From the NCBI RefSeq assembly GCF_048593235.1, contig NC_133617.1:530080958-530144957 (forward strand): DNA of 64,000 nt, written 5' to 3'. Every line of letters starts with the position of its first letter. The stretch's first letter is position 1. Positions 24,797 to 37,110 of this stretch are shown in pieces. The DNA is from Sminthopsis crassicaudata. Taxonomy: Eukaryota. The notes below the pieces were generated by a model. It had not been told where the DNA came from. It saw only the letters and a program-made list of their open reading frames with translations, and searched no databases. The position numbers were made by a program, and so were the translations under genes.

Positions 24797-25391
24797 AGGG
24801 GAATAACAAAAACCATAAAAAATCCCTGTTTTTGTGGAACTGTAGAATATGACTGCTTTAAACAAGAAATTCAACCAAAAATAAACTTGCTATTCATATA
24901 TAGGAAACCTATAAAATCAACTATCAATAGAAGCTACAGGTGACTGCCATACTGATTCCCAAATGTAAAAATGAAGCTTTCAGGGTGACAGCTGGGGTCC
25001 TCAGCAGGTGAATAAATATTGCCCAGTCCATCTAGTTGACCTACCTCTTCCAATGTAAACATGGCCCATGCTACAGTGGCCTGGTAAAAGTAACTTACAC
25101 TTCCCACCCCATTAGATAACTGATTTATATTGTCATCACCACCAAATCCTTTTGCCAAGTTCAAAAAAACCACGAGGAACATAACAAAACATTACATTCC
25201 AGGAAAAAGAGCAACAGTGCCAGTTTTATATGGATTTTGCATAAATTTTGGGTGAGAACTATGTATTAGAAACACATAGGAATACAGTAAGATTGAGCCT
25301 GAAAAATAATGTAATGGACAAGCCATTAATTCTTACAACAATGCTGGGAACTCTCCACAGAGAACTGCCACAAATTATTACTGCCACTTAA

Positions 25392-25543
25392 NNNNNNNNN
25401 NNNNNNNNNNNNNNNNNNNNNNNNNNNNNNNNNNNNNNNNNNNNNNNNNNNNNNNNNNNNNNNNNNNNNNNNNNNNNNNNNNNNNNNNNNNNNNNNNNNN
25501 NNNNNNNNNNNNNNNNNNNNNNNNNNNNNNNNNNNNNNNNNNN
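25392..25543. other. assembly gap (152 N)
   Basis: Run of N. Confidence 1.
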
Positions 25544-25938
25544 TATCTGCTAGAGCATCCTCTTACTTGAAATAAATGGAGAAATTTGTGTCTGGGGAAA
25601 GTATACCTACTTCTGAGTTCTGTGAAATTAAATCCAAAATAATAGCACAATGAACTTATTTACATAAAGTCTTAGAAAACTGAAAAGGAACTAAAGAAAT
25701 AAATCTCAGTCATCCTAGTCACCTAAAATCTGAGGCAGCAAAGACCAAGTTGTTTAATGTGAGTGCAGACATCAACAAAGATGCAGAGTTAGGGTTACAG
25801 AGAAGAATGAGAAAGAGAAATCTGAGATTCAACAGAAATGTAAAAATAAATGGTTCCACAAAGAAAAGAGAAGGCTAAAGAACTCATATAATATAAATAC
25901 AATACAAATTTAAAGATATTTTTGGGATCATGTCCTAC

Positions 25939-26017
25939 CTTGTAAACTCTTCTCGAAGATTGTTGGGTTCTGAAGAATAGTATTTAATTCGAAAGTGCAA
26001 AACATAAGCAGATCCAA
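25939..26017 (-). CDS. EPB41L4B: EPB41L4B coding exon (~exon 4), 79 nt, (I)[25 protein letters not shown](R)
   Basis: tgtgtAG|TTGGATCT...TTTACAAG|GTagga. Phase 1 in, phase 2 out. FERM F1/F2 junction motif. Confidence 0.96.
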
Positions 26018-27977
26018 CTACACATTTGGAGATGGTTTTCCAAAATTTGAAGATCACAAAGTGACAAAAGGAAAAAATAAATGAGTTAAATCCATAACAT
26101 ATTAGCCACTGAATTAAAAAGTATACTAGTGAAGGGGGGAAAAACTAAGCAATAATAATCATTTCCCCCCCAAGACTGATGAACATAATGGAAAAAAATA
26201 ACTTCTTTGCATTAAAGACAGCACAACTAAAGAAAAAATCTTTTAGAATTGGAGGAATTTTTACTTTCATCTCTGATCCTAAAGTGTTCCAAACCAATGC
26301 TAACTTTTCACAGAATACTTGTAAAATTAAAAAGAAGCCAGTAATATACTGCTGGTAAAGCTTTAAATTAGTCCAATAATTCTAGAAAGAAATATTAAGT
26401 GATTAAATTTCCACAGACTTTGATCCAGAAATTACACTGATAGAGAAGTTCAAAGAAATGTCTACATATATGAAACAAATGTAAAGAGAGATAGCACATA
26501 TGGGCTTCTGCAGAATCCAATAAGCAGAATAAGAAAAACAATACATACAATGGGGACAATAATATTAACGGAAAGACCAAAAAAAAAAAATCAACCTGAA
26601 TATTTTGCAGTGATCAAAATTGGCCTCTGAGAAGAATTAGGAAAATGCACTTGTCTCCCTTCACTATAGTGTTAAGGAGAATATGTATATAAAATATTGC
26701 ATATATGTCAGACACAGCTATTTTGCCAAATTCTTTTTTCTTACTCTAAAACTTTTATTCTAAGGAATAGTTACTGTGCAGAAATATTACATTTGGAAAT
26801 GAATGTGATTGATATGAAAATTTAAGTCACCAAGTTAAAAAATGTTTTTAAAGGGATAACTGGGGCAGGCACAAAAAGGGGATCATACTATCTAAAGCTT
26901 TGGGTCATTTGAAGTCCATCTATTTTAATGCCTTTATTTTACATAGAAAAGGCTGATACAAAGAGAGGTTATTGACCTGCTAATTAATATCCCTTATTTC
27001 CTTTCCTCTTGCTAAATATCATAATAGGGGAAAAAAGACCCAGGATTCAAACCCTACTCTTTCAATTACAAAGACTGTGCTCTTAATAATAATAGTTTAG
27101 ACAATATTTCATCATAGATGACATTTATATAATAGTGCTTTATGATTTGCTAAATACTTTATAAATATTGGTTTATTTTTTTCTCACAAGTCTGGGAAGT
27201 ATGAGAAATTATTATTCCCATTTTACTGATGAGAAAAGTGATGCAAGGAAGTGACCAGGATCACACAGTACATGTCTGATACTAAATTTGAATTTCTGAT
27301 TCTAGAACTAACACTCAAAACCACCTCACATCTTAAGGGTATCACTTCTTTAATGCTGTGCAATGTCAAGGACAACTTTCTATAGGGTACTATGAATAAC
27401 GTGGGGACAAGGAAATGGAAGGTAAGGAAAATAATGTTCTGAAACATATAAATACAATTTATAAATACTTTCCAAAGAGTCAATCTTTGGAAAATTTATT
27501 GAACATCCTCACTAGTAAAATGAGATAGATCAGGTCCTACATACTCATATCTATGATTGTTTTATATACAATATGTTCTAAGGGACCTTTAGAAAATAAC
27601 TAAGCCATGTGGGCAAGTACTAAATGCAGGTGACTAAATGACATTTTATTCTATGTTCATCAAAACAAGTTTTCTGAATACTGCATGAATCACTGTTTTT
27701 TTCTCCCATCAGGAGTGTATGGCTTGAAACCTACAAGTACAGTTAAGCTTCTTTATAGAGAACATTCTGATCTTTTAAAAACTATTTAAATTTTTCCACA
27801 TTTAAGCTTTAACAACTTTGTCAACTTGAAAATATCTGAAATTTTTATTTAAAATTAATTCTGCCTTCATGGTTTCAGATTTAATAAAAATATAATTCAA
27901 AGTTATTAGCCAAGATGCTAAAAATTAATTTCACAGAAAACAAACAAAATAAGAAATATGCATTTGGGGTTACTTAC

Positions 27978-28020
27978 TTTTCATTTGCTTTTTAATAGGT
28001 TTTGAATGGTCTAGCCAGTG
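27978..28020 (-). CDS. EPB41L4B: EPB41L4B coding exon (~exon 3), 43 nt, HWLDHSKPIKKQMK+1
   Basis: Minus strand: ttttctttctttcAG|CACTGGCTAGAC...ATGAAAA|GTaagta. Phase 0 in, phase 1 out. Confidence 0.96.
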
Positions 28021-28701
28021 CTGAAAGAAAGAAAATATTTATTAGTGCCTCTATTTCATCAAAGGAATTCAGTAAATATATAAATATATTATATCGCAGC
28101 AATTTCAGAAAATTTAAAGTTTTTCATTTCCTTCTAACAGGTCTTTGAGTGTTTGCAAATATTAACAGGTATTTACTTTTTAAAATTGAATTTTCCAAAA
28201 CTGAGTTTGGGAATCCATTGCTTTTCCTTCTGAAATGGAACCTAAGTATTCCAAAAGGGATTCCAACAAATTTTCTTGTTCTAAATACATTTTTTCCTTA
28301 GTACTGCCAAGGGTAAAGAGACAAGCTGTTACAAACTTATGGTAATAACATTATTATCATCTTTGTCTGCCCTTTCCTACTCCACAAACCATAAAAGGTA
28401 TCAAATGAAAATTCATGATGCCTCTTTATTCCGTTGAATTGGAAAGAAAACGATGAACTGAGACCTATGTTTCATGTGAAAATACTAAGGTTTAAACAGC
28501 CTTTGTCTTGCCTAAAATCTTTTTTTTAAACAAGATTCAGTAATATTTGTTTGTTTGTTTATTTTCCCCTCTCTAGATAAAATGGTTTCATGTAAGATTT
28601 TTTTTAGCGACTGTCTCCCCCCATATCCAAAATCTCATCTTCATATTCTCTGGCTTCCTTCAAATATCAGCTAAAACATACGCGTGCATGTGTGTGTGTG
28701 A

Positions 28702-28817
28702 AGGAATTGGAGTTAAGTGACTTGCCCAGGGTCACACAGTTAGGAAGTGTTAAGTGTCTGAGATCAGATTTGAACTCAGGGCTGGTGCTCTAGCCACTGG
28801 GCCACCTAGCTGTCCCA
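28702..28817 (-). mobile_element. WSINE1 with 16-nt internal deletion
   Basis: Matches the neighbouring copy except for loss of the segment between tcagg repeats at 28780/28781. Confidence 0.85.
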
Positions 28818-29114
28818 TCTCACCCCTTCCCCCATAGTCTTTTTTGATTTCAATACTAGTATCTTCCCTCTGTTGATCAACTCCAATTTGAGCAGGAACT
28901 CAGTATTTATAACAGTACCTACCCAAAGATTACCCCTATAAATAAAAGCTTCCATAAAACAATGCCTAATAACTAGAATTTTATTGTTTGCAAAGCATGG
29001 TACATCTGTTAGTTATCTTTTTTGGGGCCTATCCATATATTAGCATTAACAGCTTAATTTCTAATGGAATATATTTAATATTCCAAAATATATTCCAATA
29101 TCAAATTTATTCTT

Positions 29115-29257
29115 TTTTTAATTTTCTGAGGCTGGGGTTAAGTGACTTGCCCAGGGTCACACAGTTAGGAAGTGTTAAGAGTCTGAGATCAGGTTTGAAC
29201 TCCGGTACTCCTGAATTCAGGGCTGGTGCTCTATCCACTGTGCCACCTAGCTGCCCC
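29115..29257 (-). mobile_element. WSINE1, full length, ~14-bp TSD
   Basis: TSD tcaaatt(t/a)attctt on both sides; intact head and CORE. Confidence 0.9.
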
Positions 29258-29439
29258 TCAAATTAATTCTTAAAAAAAAAAAAAGGGAAATTTAATCTTG
29301 TTCCTCTTTTCTTATACCCCCCCCCACACACACACTTTGGATGTTCTTATTCAAAATGAGAATTCTATTTGTCACAGAAAATAACATAGGTGAGGACCAG
29401 TCACCACCATCTGTTATTCAAAAGGTTTCCTGACAAAGA

Positions 29440-29690
29440 AATGATTTTGAAATGATGAACCATAGTATGATTATTACCAATATAGTCTATACATACCTGA
29501 TTTTAAAATTCATAATCATGTATAGAAGAATTGCACAAATTTAACATATTGGGATTAACTTACTGTCTAGAGGAGGGGCATGTAGAGAAAGGAAGGAGAA
29601 AATTTGGAATAAGATTTTGTAAGGGTGAATTTGAAAACTATCTTTACATGTATTTTGAAAACAAAAAGCTACAATTAAAATTCGTAATCA
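29440..29690 (+). mobile_element. L1 3' end fragment
   Basis: agagaaaggaaggagaaaatttggaa...aagggtgaatttgaaaactatctttacatgtattttgaaaa. Confidence 0.7.
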
Positions 29691-29884
29691 TGACTCCATA
29701 ATACATAGTACATTTACTGGTTCTACATTTTTAGTGTCTTCAGAAGATATACAGCAATATGAGTGTGTGTTGTGTATATGTATATATAAACATGTATATA
29801 TACACATGCTTAATAAGGGAGTCAGACTCTCAGACAATTCTGTATAACATAAGGGAATAGGGAAAGGGAACAAGCATTTATTTT

Positions 29885-30140
29885 TTTCCATTTTAAAAAT
29901 ATTTTATTTTTCCTCCAGTTATATGTAAAGACAATTTTTAACATCCATTTTTTAAAAATTGAATTCCAACTTTTTCTTCTCATTCCTTTACCTCCCCCCT
30001 CCCTGAGATAGTAAACAATTTGATATACTTTATTTGGCATGTGAAACATATTACATTAGTCATGTTGTGAAAGAAGATATAGACCTAAAGCAAAACAAAA
30101 CAATACAGAAAGTGAAAAATAGCATGCTTTAATCTGCGTA
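29885..30140 (-). mobile_element. L1 3' end fragment
   Basis: Reverse L1 3'UTR (ttttattttt...aaattgaattccaac...tagtaaacaatttgatata...agtcatgttgtgaaagaag). Confidence 0.7.
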
Positions 30141-30724
30141 TGTATATATATACATGTGCATATGTATTTATATATAAATACATAAATATAATTTGAATCA
30201 GGAAAATTTAGGTTTAAATATGGCCTCAGACATTTATTAGCAAGTAACAACCCTCTTTGCCTCAGTTTTCTCAAATATAAAATGAGCTGGAGAAGGAAAA
30301 CAACAAACAACTCTCAGTACCTTTGCCAAGAAAACTGCAAACAGGGCCAGGAAAAGTCAGACATGATTGGAATAAACAACAACATGTCTTAGTTTGATAA
30401 ATATGATCTTATTTGACCTTTACAACAACCCTGGGATGAGGTACTATTATTATTATGCCCATTATACCTATATATTATTATCCATTATTATATTCATTTA
30501 GGTACATTATTATTATACCAGAGATAAAGTGTTTGGGGCCAGATTTGAACTCAGAAAGCCCAGCACTCTATCCACCATATCGGTGAGCTAACATAAGGCA
30601 ACAGATGAGCATGTTGACAGCAGTCTGAGCAACTTCCAGGAAAAAAAGAAGAGAATTAATAATCCTAATCACTTAAGTGACTACAGTTCAATTCAACAAA
30701 TATTTTAAACACCAACAATGTTAT

Positions 30725-30860
30725 GGGCAGCTGGGTGGCAAGTAGCTAGAGTACCAGTTCTGGAATCAGAAGGACCCAAGTTCAAATGCAACCTAAAACA
30801 TTTGACTCTAGCTGTGTGACTCTGGGTAATCAATTAATGCTGACTGCCTTGCCAAAATAA
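30725..30860 (+). mobile_element. CORE-SINE (WSINE/SINE1-like, diverged)
   Basis: gggcagctgggtggc...caagttcaaatgc...ctagctgtgtgactctggg followed by an A-rich tail. Confidence 0.7.
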
Positions 30861-31039
30861 AAAATGAAAAAAGAGGCCATAAAGAAAGGCTACAGTTTTA
30901 GAGATACAAAGACTAATATGAAAGAACTGAAGTCTTCAAAGAATTGAATTGTATTTGGTTTGGGAGTGGGTGAGAATTTGGAATATGCACAAACAAATAT
31001 ATTAGGAAAATTAAAGAAGGAGATAACACTAATTACTGG

Positions 31040-31480
31040 AATTATTAGTGAAGGTTCTGAGAACAGCAGTACTTGACCTTTGAAGAAAGACAAATATTCT
31101 TAATGGTGGACGTGAAGCAAGAGGGCATTCCATGTGGGGGGGGGGGTTAGAACTGCTTACATGAGTACATGAAGATACCCACTGGAATGCCGTTTGGCAA
31201 ATAGCCAGCAATTTAGTTTGGCAGGACTAGAGTTTGAGAGGGAGAATAGTATGAAATAAGGCTGCTCTCAAGTAAGTGGGAACCAGATTGTAGCAGGTCT
31301 GAAATGTCAAGCTAAGGCAATGAAAAATAAATCCCACTGGCAGTGAGGAACAACTTAAAAAAATGTCAAAATGACAAGATCAGATATAAGCTACCAGAAG
31401 GTTATTTTGGCAACTGGGGAAAGAATGCACTAGAGAGGGGGAGAGATGATTGGAAAAAAAATATCCAATTTGGGTAGGGG
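31040..31480 (-). mobile_element. L2 fragment
   Basis: Reverse L2 motifs (ttgacctttgaagaaag, tgggaaccagattgtagcaggtctgaaatgtcaagctaag, tcagatataagctacc). Confidence 0.65.
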
Positions 31481-32930
31481 AATGAATAGTACAAGACATC
31501 AAATAATTATCTTCTTTCCAACTCTGATAGCCATCCAGCTTCTTGTTTAAAGAAAAAAAAATCACTACAGGTGGCTCATTCCATTTTTTAATTGCTAATG
31601 TTATTACAAAGTTCTTCTTTGTCCTGAACCAAAATCTGCCTCTCTGGAGGCACTCCCAATAGTCCTATTTCTGCCCTTTAGACCTACAAAGAGTAAACCA
31701 ATTTACTTACACTTTAAGAGCCCTTCATCAAATGCTGAACCTCCTCAGAGTGATTATTTTTTCTTTGAGACTATATGTGAGATTACTGTAGCTGACAGGA
31801 AAAGGGTGATGATGGCTTCTATTGCAGAATGTAGATTTTATATAGCTCTGCCATTCTCAGGGGGTGCATGAATTATGTGTCAACAAGTCTCTTCCAGGCT
31901 AACAACCTGTTTGCTCATTACAGAGTTTCAAGTTACCTCCTCTAGACTCACTCTAGTTTCTCATTATACTCCTTAAAAATATAGAAAAAAAAAGGAGCCT
32001 AGCCAAAACAAAGTACAGGGAGATTATAAATCATAGAGATCATAGCATATAGGAATGGAAAGAGACCTCAGAAGCCATCTGGTTCAATCTTTTCAGTTTA
32101 CAGAAAGAAAAATTTTGGCAAATCAACACAGTACTCTGTGATGTAATGCAATCAGGTTTACATTGAGACATATCACTTTAATGATAATGTTCACTACAAA
32201 AATATCACTTAAGTACCAAATGAGAATGTCATAGTTTTTCAAAGCCATTTAAGGCTTTGCACTTTTGTACAAATAAGTGGTTTGCATTTGGATTTCAAGT
32301 AATATATTTTATTTCTTTCCAAAGAAAGTTATTACAACATGAAAACACTGCTTGGGCAATCATGCTCAAAAAGGTAGCTCTACTTCATTTTGGAGTTGGG
32401 CCAAAACCAGGTAGTCTCATAAATTAAATGCTATAAAATTCAACCTCACAGAAATTCAGCATGCAAGTCTCTAGTCAAGGCATCTATTTGAAATATTCTG
32501 AACTCTTCACATATTGGAAAACTGATATTGTATGGTATTTTGGGATAATATTAATTTCAGTTGATTCCATATATTGGGAAACCCGGTACCTTCTCTCTTT
32601 TTCCACCAAAAGTTGCAGCCTTTCTCCAAACTTTAGACTACCTTACATATTGAAGCAACTATGTTACCATCCTGGTGGACTTATTAACATTTCATAAAAA
32701 AGGCCAATTCTCAACAAATATTGCTGTGGCCATAGGGGTCTTCATACTTCCTCTTGCTGAAGCTCTTCAATCTCAGCCTTTAATTATGCACTCCACTACT
32801 CCATGGGCCTTTATTAGCATTAGATATTATGCTTTCCATCAATTCTTCTAGATAATCACTAACATTCACTCCTTTCACAATGATTATGGATTTTTGAGTC
32901 AAAATGGTCTTTACTAAGTTCTTGAGGATG

Positions 32931-32932
<2 letters not shown>

Positions 32933-32966
<34 letters not shown>
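32933..32966. repeat. (GT)17 microsatellite
   Basis: Counted directly. Confidence 0.98.
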
Positions 32967-32968
<2 letters not shown>

Positions 32969-33059
32969 TCTATTGAAACTATATTTGTAAATTAAATATT
33001 AGTGAATTTTAAAATGTGCACATATGTTTGGGCTCTTGCTACACCGATAAGCCACTTTA

Positions 33060-33329
<270 letters not shown>

Positions 33330-33369
33330 CTAAAGAATATCCTGTTCCTTGAAAGTTAGCTCTCCTTTA

Positions 33370-33715
33370 TCTTTTTTTTTTATTAAAACTTTTTATTTTT
33401 GAGACATATGCATGGATAATTTTCAACATTCACCTTTGCAAAACCTTGTGCTCCAAATTTTTCCTTCCCTTAGACAGTAAGTAATCCAATATATATTAAA
33501 CATGTGCAATTCTTCTCTACATATTTATACAATAATCTTGCTGCACAAGAAAAATCAGATCAAAAAGGGAAAAAAAATGAGAAAGAAAACAAAATGCAAG
33601 CAAACAACTACAAAAAACTAAAAATATTATGTTGTGATCCACATTCAGTTCCCACAGTCCTATCTCTGCATGCAGATGGCTTTCCCCATCACAAGACCAT
33701 TGGAACTTAGACCTT
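33370..33715 (-). mobile_element. L1 3' end
   Basis: polyT, then caacattcacctttgcaaaaccttgtgctccaaatttt...gatggctttccccatcac. Confidence 0.85.
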
Positions 33716-33739
33716 CTCTATCTTTTATTTGTTCTGCCG

Positions 33740-33787
<48 letters not shown>
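33740..33787. repeat. (ATT)16 microsatellite
   Basis: Counted directly. Confidence 0.98.
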
Positions 33788-34239
33788 TTAACATAAATAA
33801 GGATTCTCTACATTTTGTCTCTAAAATTTCTGCTTATCCCTGAAACTTGTAAAGATCTTGCAGGAGCCTGATTCTTTTTTCTTTTTAATTTCTGGCCTTG
33901 TCGCATTTTCAAACATGACTGAGTCAGCTGTGTTCATCTTCATGTAACTAACAATCAAATGTTGGTCAGGAAAGAATCTGTGCTAGAGCCTTATCAAATT
34001 TAGCTAAAGTCTTTTTTTTAGGCTAGTATCAATTTATAAATCAATATTCTTGGGGTATAGCTGTTCCACTAACTAATTTACTTTACTATCAACCAAAGTA
34101 CCATTTTCTTTCTTGTTCAATTCAATTCAACTAATTCAATTCAACCAGGTATGGTGTTAAAGCACTAGAGATTAAAAAAAAAAAAAAAAAAAAAGAGGGG
34201 CAAAAAACAGTCCTTGCTTTCAAGGAGCTTATAATCTAA

Positions 34240-34730
34240 CATTCATAAGGATATTATGAAAACTTTTAGGAAATACCTTCCTGAAAGAGAGGTACATTCT
34301 TTCTACAGTACTTCTTGACCCATTCATCTAGTAACTTTATCAAGAAAAGAAATGAGGTTAGTTTGCTTTAACATCATCTTTAATGAAGCTTTTCTGCTTC
34401 CTGTAGATCTTTCTCATTATTTACTAATAATTTTAGAATTTCACCAGAGATTGACCTAAAGCTTACCCATGGTCCATCATTTCCAGAGTTTAACTGCCCC
34501 TTCTTCCCAGTCACCAATAAAAAAGTATAGTTGGTAAACTATGAAAGAAGTAAAAGGTATAATAATACATTTGTATAGGTTGATGCACTGGTTTATTAGC
34601 AAGACACCTAAAATAGGTCATTTCCTTTGAGAAACTTTGCAATTTTAAATTTTCTGTCATATACAACAGCTGCAAGGATAGAAAGAATGGCATGGAATTT
34701 GTAAAGCAAACTTCCAGAGTTGGTTATTTT
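34240..34730 (-). mobile_element. CR1/L3 LINE RT fragment
   Basis: aagaaaagaaatgaggttagtttgctttaacatcatctttaatgaagc is the degenerate reverse complement of the CR1 HGFIKNRSCQTNLISFF region. Confidence 0.65.
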
Positions 34731-36339
34731 TTAGGGACCATGCATGAGATTCTTATGGCTGACATGAAAGGGCTGATGATGGCTTCTCTTGCAGAATATA
34801 GCCTCTAAAGCTCTCATAGGGGTGGCATGAAGTAAATAATAAATGGCATGAAATTGATTTTTCTACAATAATAAACTTTTTATTAAAATAACATTTCTCT
34901 TAGTGACCTAATTTGCTTACATAGGTATGTAGAATACCTCTATAAAGAATATTTCCAAAAACTTTTTTTTAACTGTTTTTAAATTTCTTTTTACATTTTG
35001 ATTTCAATTTGATTTTAATGACATTTTGGGAAAAAAAACCATAAAAGAATTGTACTTGAGCCTTATAACAACCTTTTGAGGTAGGCACTATAGCTATTAT
35101 CATTCCCAAAACATAGATCAGAAAACTGAAGCCTTCAGAGGAAGGTAACCAGGCTGAGGTCACCCAGAAAATAAGAGCCAGGAATGGAATTTGAACACAA
35201 ATCTTCCTAACTGTAGCATAGTGGAACAATGCTTCTACCTAAAAACAAATTATTAAAATAAGCTTAATTTTAAGACAAATGAACAGGTTTAGGGATCCAG
35301 GACTTTAGGGGTGGATATATCTTTTGACTCGTAGTAGATATTAATTCCATCAACAAAAATATGGATGAGGTTCAAATTATATGAAATAGGTTATGATAAA
35401 TATCCTTTTGGGGTAAATACATAGACCTAGGCTCCTCAAATTAACTGAAATGGGTTATGGTTAAGATTTTAAGTAAGGTAAATAAACTTAGTCTTTTTTG
35501 TTTGTTTAGGAAAAATCTAATAGGGACCATAATTTAAATTTATAGACACAGAGATTGAAAGAACCACAGAGACTTGCTAAACTAGCCCTTTGTTTTATAG
35601 ATGAAAAAACTGAGGAGAAATAGTATTATAAAATGCCTATAAAAAACCAATTAAGCCTGTAGAATGTTGCTTATGTACAATGGCTATTGGTTCTAGAATT
35701 CCTCCTGAAGTAAATAGAAAGGAATCCAAAGCCCAACTTTTTTTAGGGGTATTTAGGCACCTATTAACTGCCTATTGTGCACCAGGCACTGCACTAAGCA
35801 TTTTACAATTATCTCTTTGGATCATCATAAAAAGCTTAGAAAAATAGGGGTTTTTGTTTTCTTTTGTTTTGTTTTTTAAATCTGATTTCTTAGTTGAGAA
35901 AACTAAAGGAAAGAGAAGCTAAGTAACTTGCTCAGCAGGAATTTGAAGTCAGATCTTCCTGTCTCCAGGCCCAGTGTTCTTATCCACTGTGACAGACTAC
36001 AACAGTTTCTATCTAGTCTGAAGATGATGATACAGTAACACACTAATACCTCATAGCACTTTGTTACAACAGTAAGGTAAGTCAAACAAGTATTAGGATT
36101 TTGATTTTATAGACAAAGAAAAAGATTCAGAGAAGGTATGAATTATTTGCCCAAGGTTACACAGTTAATATGAATTGGAAGTGTCCTTCAAACTCAGTCT
36201 CTTGACTGAAAATCCAGTGATCTTTCCACTACTACCTCCTCAGTGGAAGTAGGCTCAACATATTATGGGCGTGCCCAGAATATAGAATGGAAAGTTCAGT
36301 ATGTAATTCAATTAGATGATAGAAAAGAACACAGCACAC

Positions 36340-37110
36340 AGACAGAATTCTAAAAGATCAAAGAACTATTAGTGGAGTTGTGAACTGCTACAACCACTCT
36401 GGAGAGCAATTTGAAGAGAGGGAGAGAAGGATGGAGGAAGGGAGAAGGGAGAAGGAGGGAAGGAGGGAGAGGAGGGAGAAAGCAGGAAAAAAGGGGAAAG
36501 GACCAACTTGTACAAAAATATTTCTAGCAGCTCTTTTTGTGGTGGCCAAGATTGGAAATCAAGGGGATGCCCATAAACTGGAGCTAAACAAATTGTGATC
36601 TATGGGTATGATGGAATATTATTGTGCTATAAGAAATGATAAGCAAGATAATTTTAGAAAACACACAGAAAAACTTACATGAATGGATGCAAAGTGAAGT
36701 AAGTACAATCAGGAGAGCATTGCACACAGTAAAAGCAATATTGTAAACCAAAAAATGTGAAAGACTTAGCTATTCTCAGTAATACAATGATCTAAGACAA
36801 TCACATAGGACTCATTATGAAACATGCATTTCGCCTTCAGAGCAAAAACTGATATGATCTGAACATAGAGCATAGCATACTCTTTATTTTTTGAGTCTTC
36901 TCGTAGAAAATGACTAATTTGAAAATGTTTTATATGACTGTACATGTATGACATAAATCAGGTTGCTTACCATCTCAGAGGGGGGGGGAAAGGTTAGTAA
37001 GGAGGGAAAGAATTTGGAATTTCAAACTTTAAAAAAATGTTAAGAATTGTTTGAGAATTGGGGGATAATAAAGTATTATTTTTAAAAGACTACTGAGACA
37101 ATAAAAATTT
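36340..37110 (+). mobile_element. L1 ORF2 C-terminus + 3'UTR
   Basis: ORF remnant KGKGPTCTKIFLAALFVVAK, followed by 3'UTR; purine-rich low-complexity insert at ~36415-36495. Confidence 0.85.

Larger units (their letters stand above)
7626..28020 (-). other. EPB41L4B: EPB41L4B gene, internal portion (five coding exons of the FERM domain; gene extends beyond both window ends)
   Basis: Five exons join in one open frame with canonical GT-AG. The peptides [43 protein letters not shown] and [34 protein letters not shown] match EPB41L4B as I recall it, not paralogue EPB41L5 (EELTR...KQDILSGKLDCP). Internal introns: 1960, 2529, 2254 and 13311 bp. Confidence 0.95.

Noticed and set aside
7988-25543. 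The three N gaps hiding coding exons
   Set aside because: The five exons already join in frame with no missing FERM residues, so no constitutive exon is hidden. One gap lies inside a WSINE1.
26395-26580. ORF containing LDSAEAH as the missing upstream exon (…FLDSAQVA|H)
   Set aside because: The surrounding peptide is unrelated, there are no matching splice sites, it is on the wrong side of the 43-nt exon, and it lies in LINE-like 3' sequence.
7626-28020. Identification as paralogue EPB41L5 or EPB41L4A
   Set aside because: The residues EEFTR, RHDILSGKLKCPYETAVELAALCLQ and [11 protein letters not shown] fit EPB41L4B as recalled; the paralogues differ at these positions.
30440-30520. Short interspaced repeats resembling a CRISPR-like array
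   Set aside because: Degenerate (TAT)n inside a MIR; no constant repeat-spacer units and no cas genes in a mammalian context.
33634-33843. Poly-tyrosine ORF
   Set aside because: Translation of the (ATT)16 microsatellite.
36380-36598. Arg/Glu/Gly-rich ORF
   Set aside because: L1 ORF2 remnant with a purine-rich low-complexity expansion.
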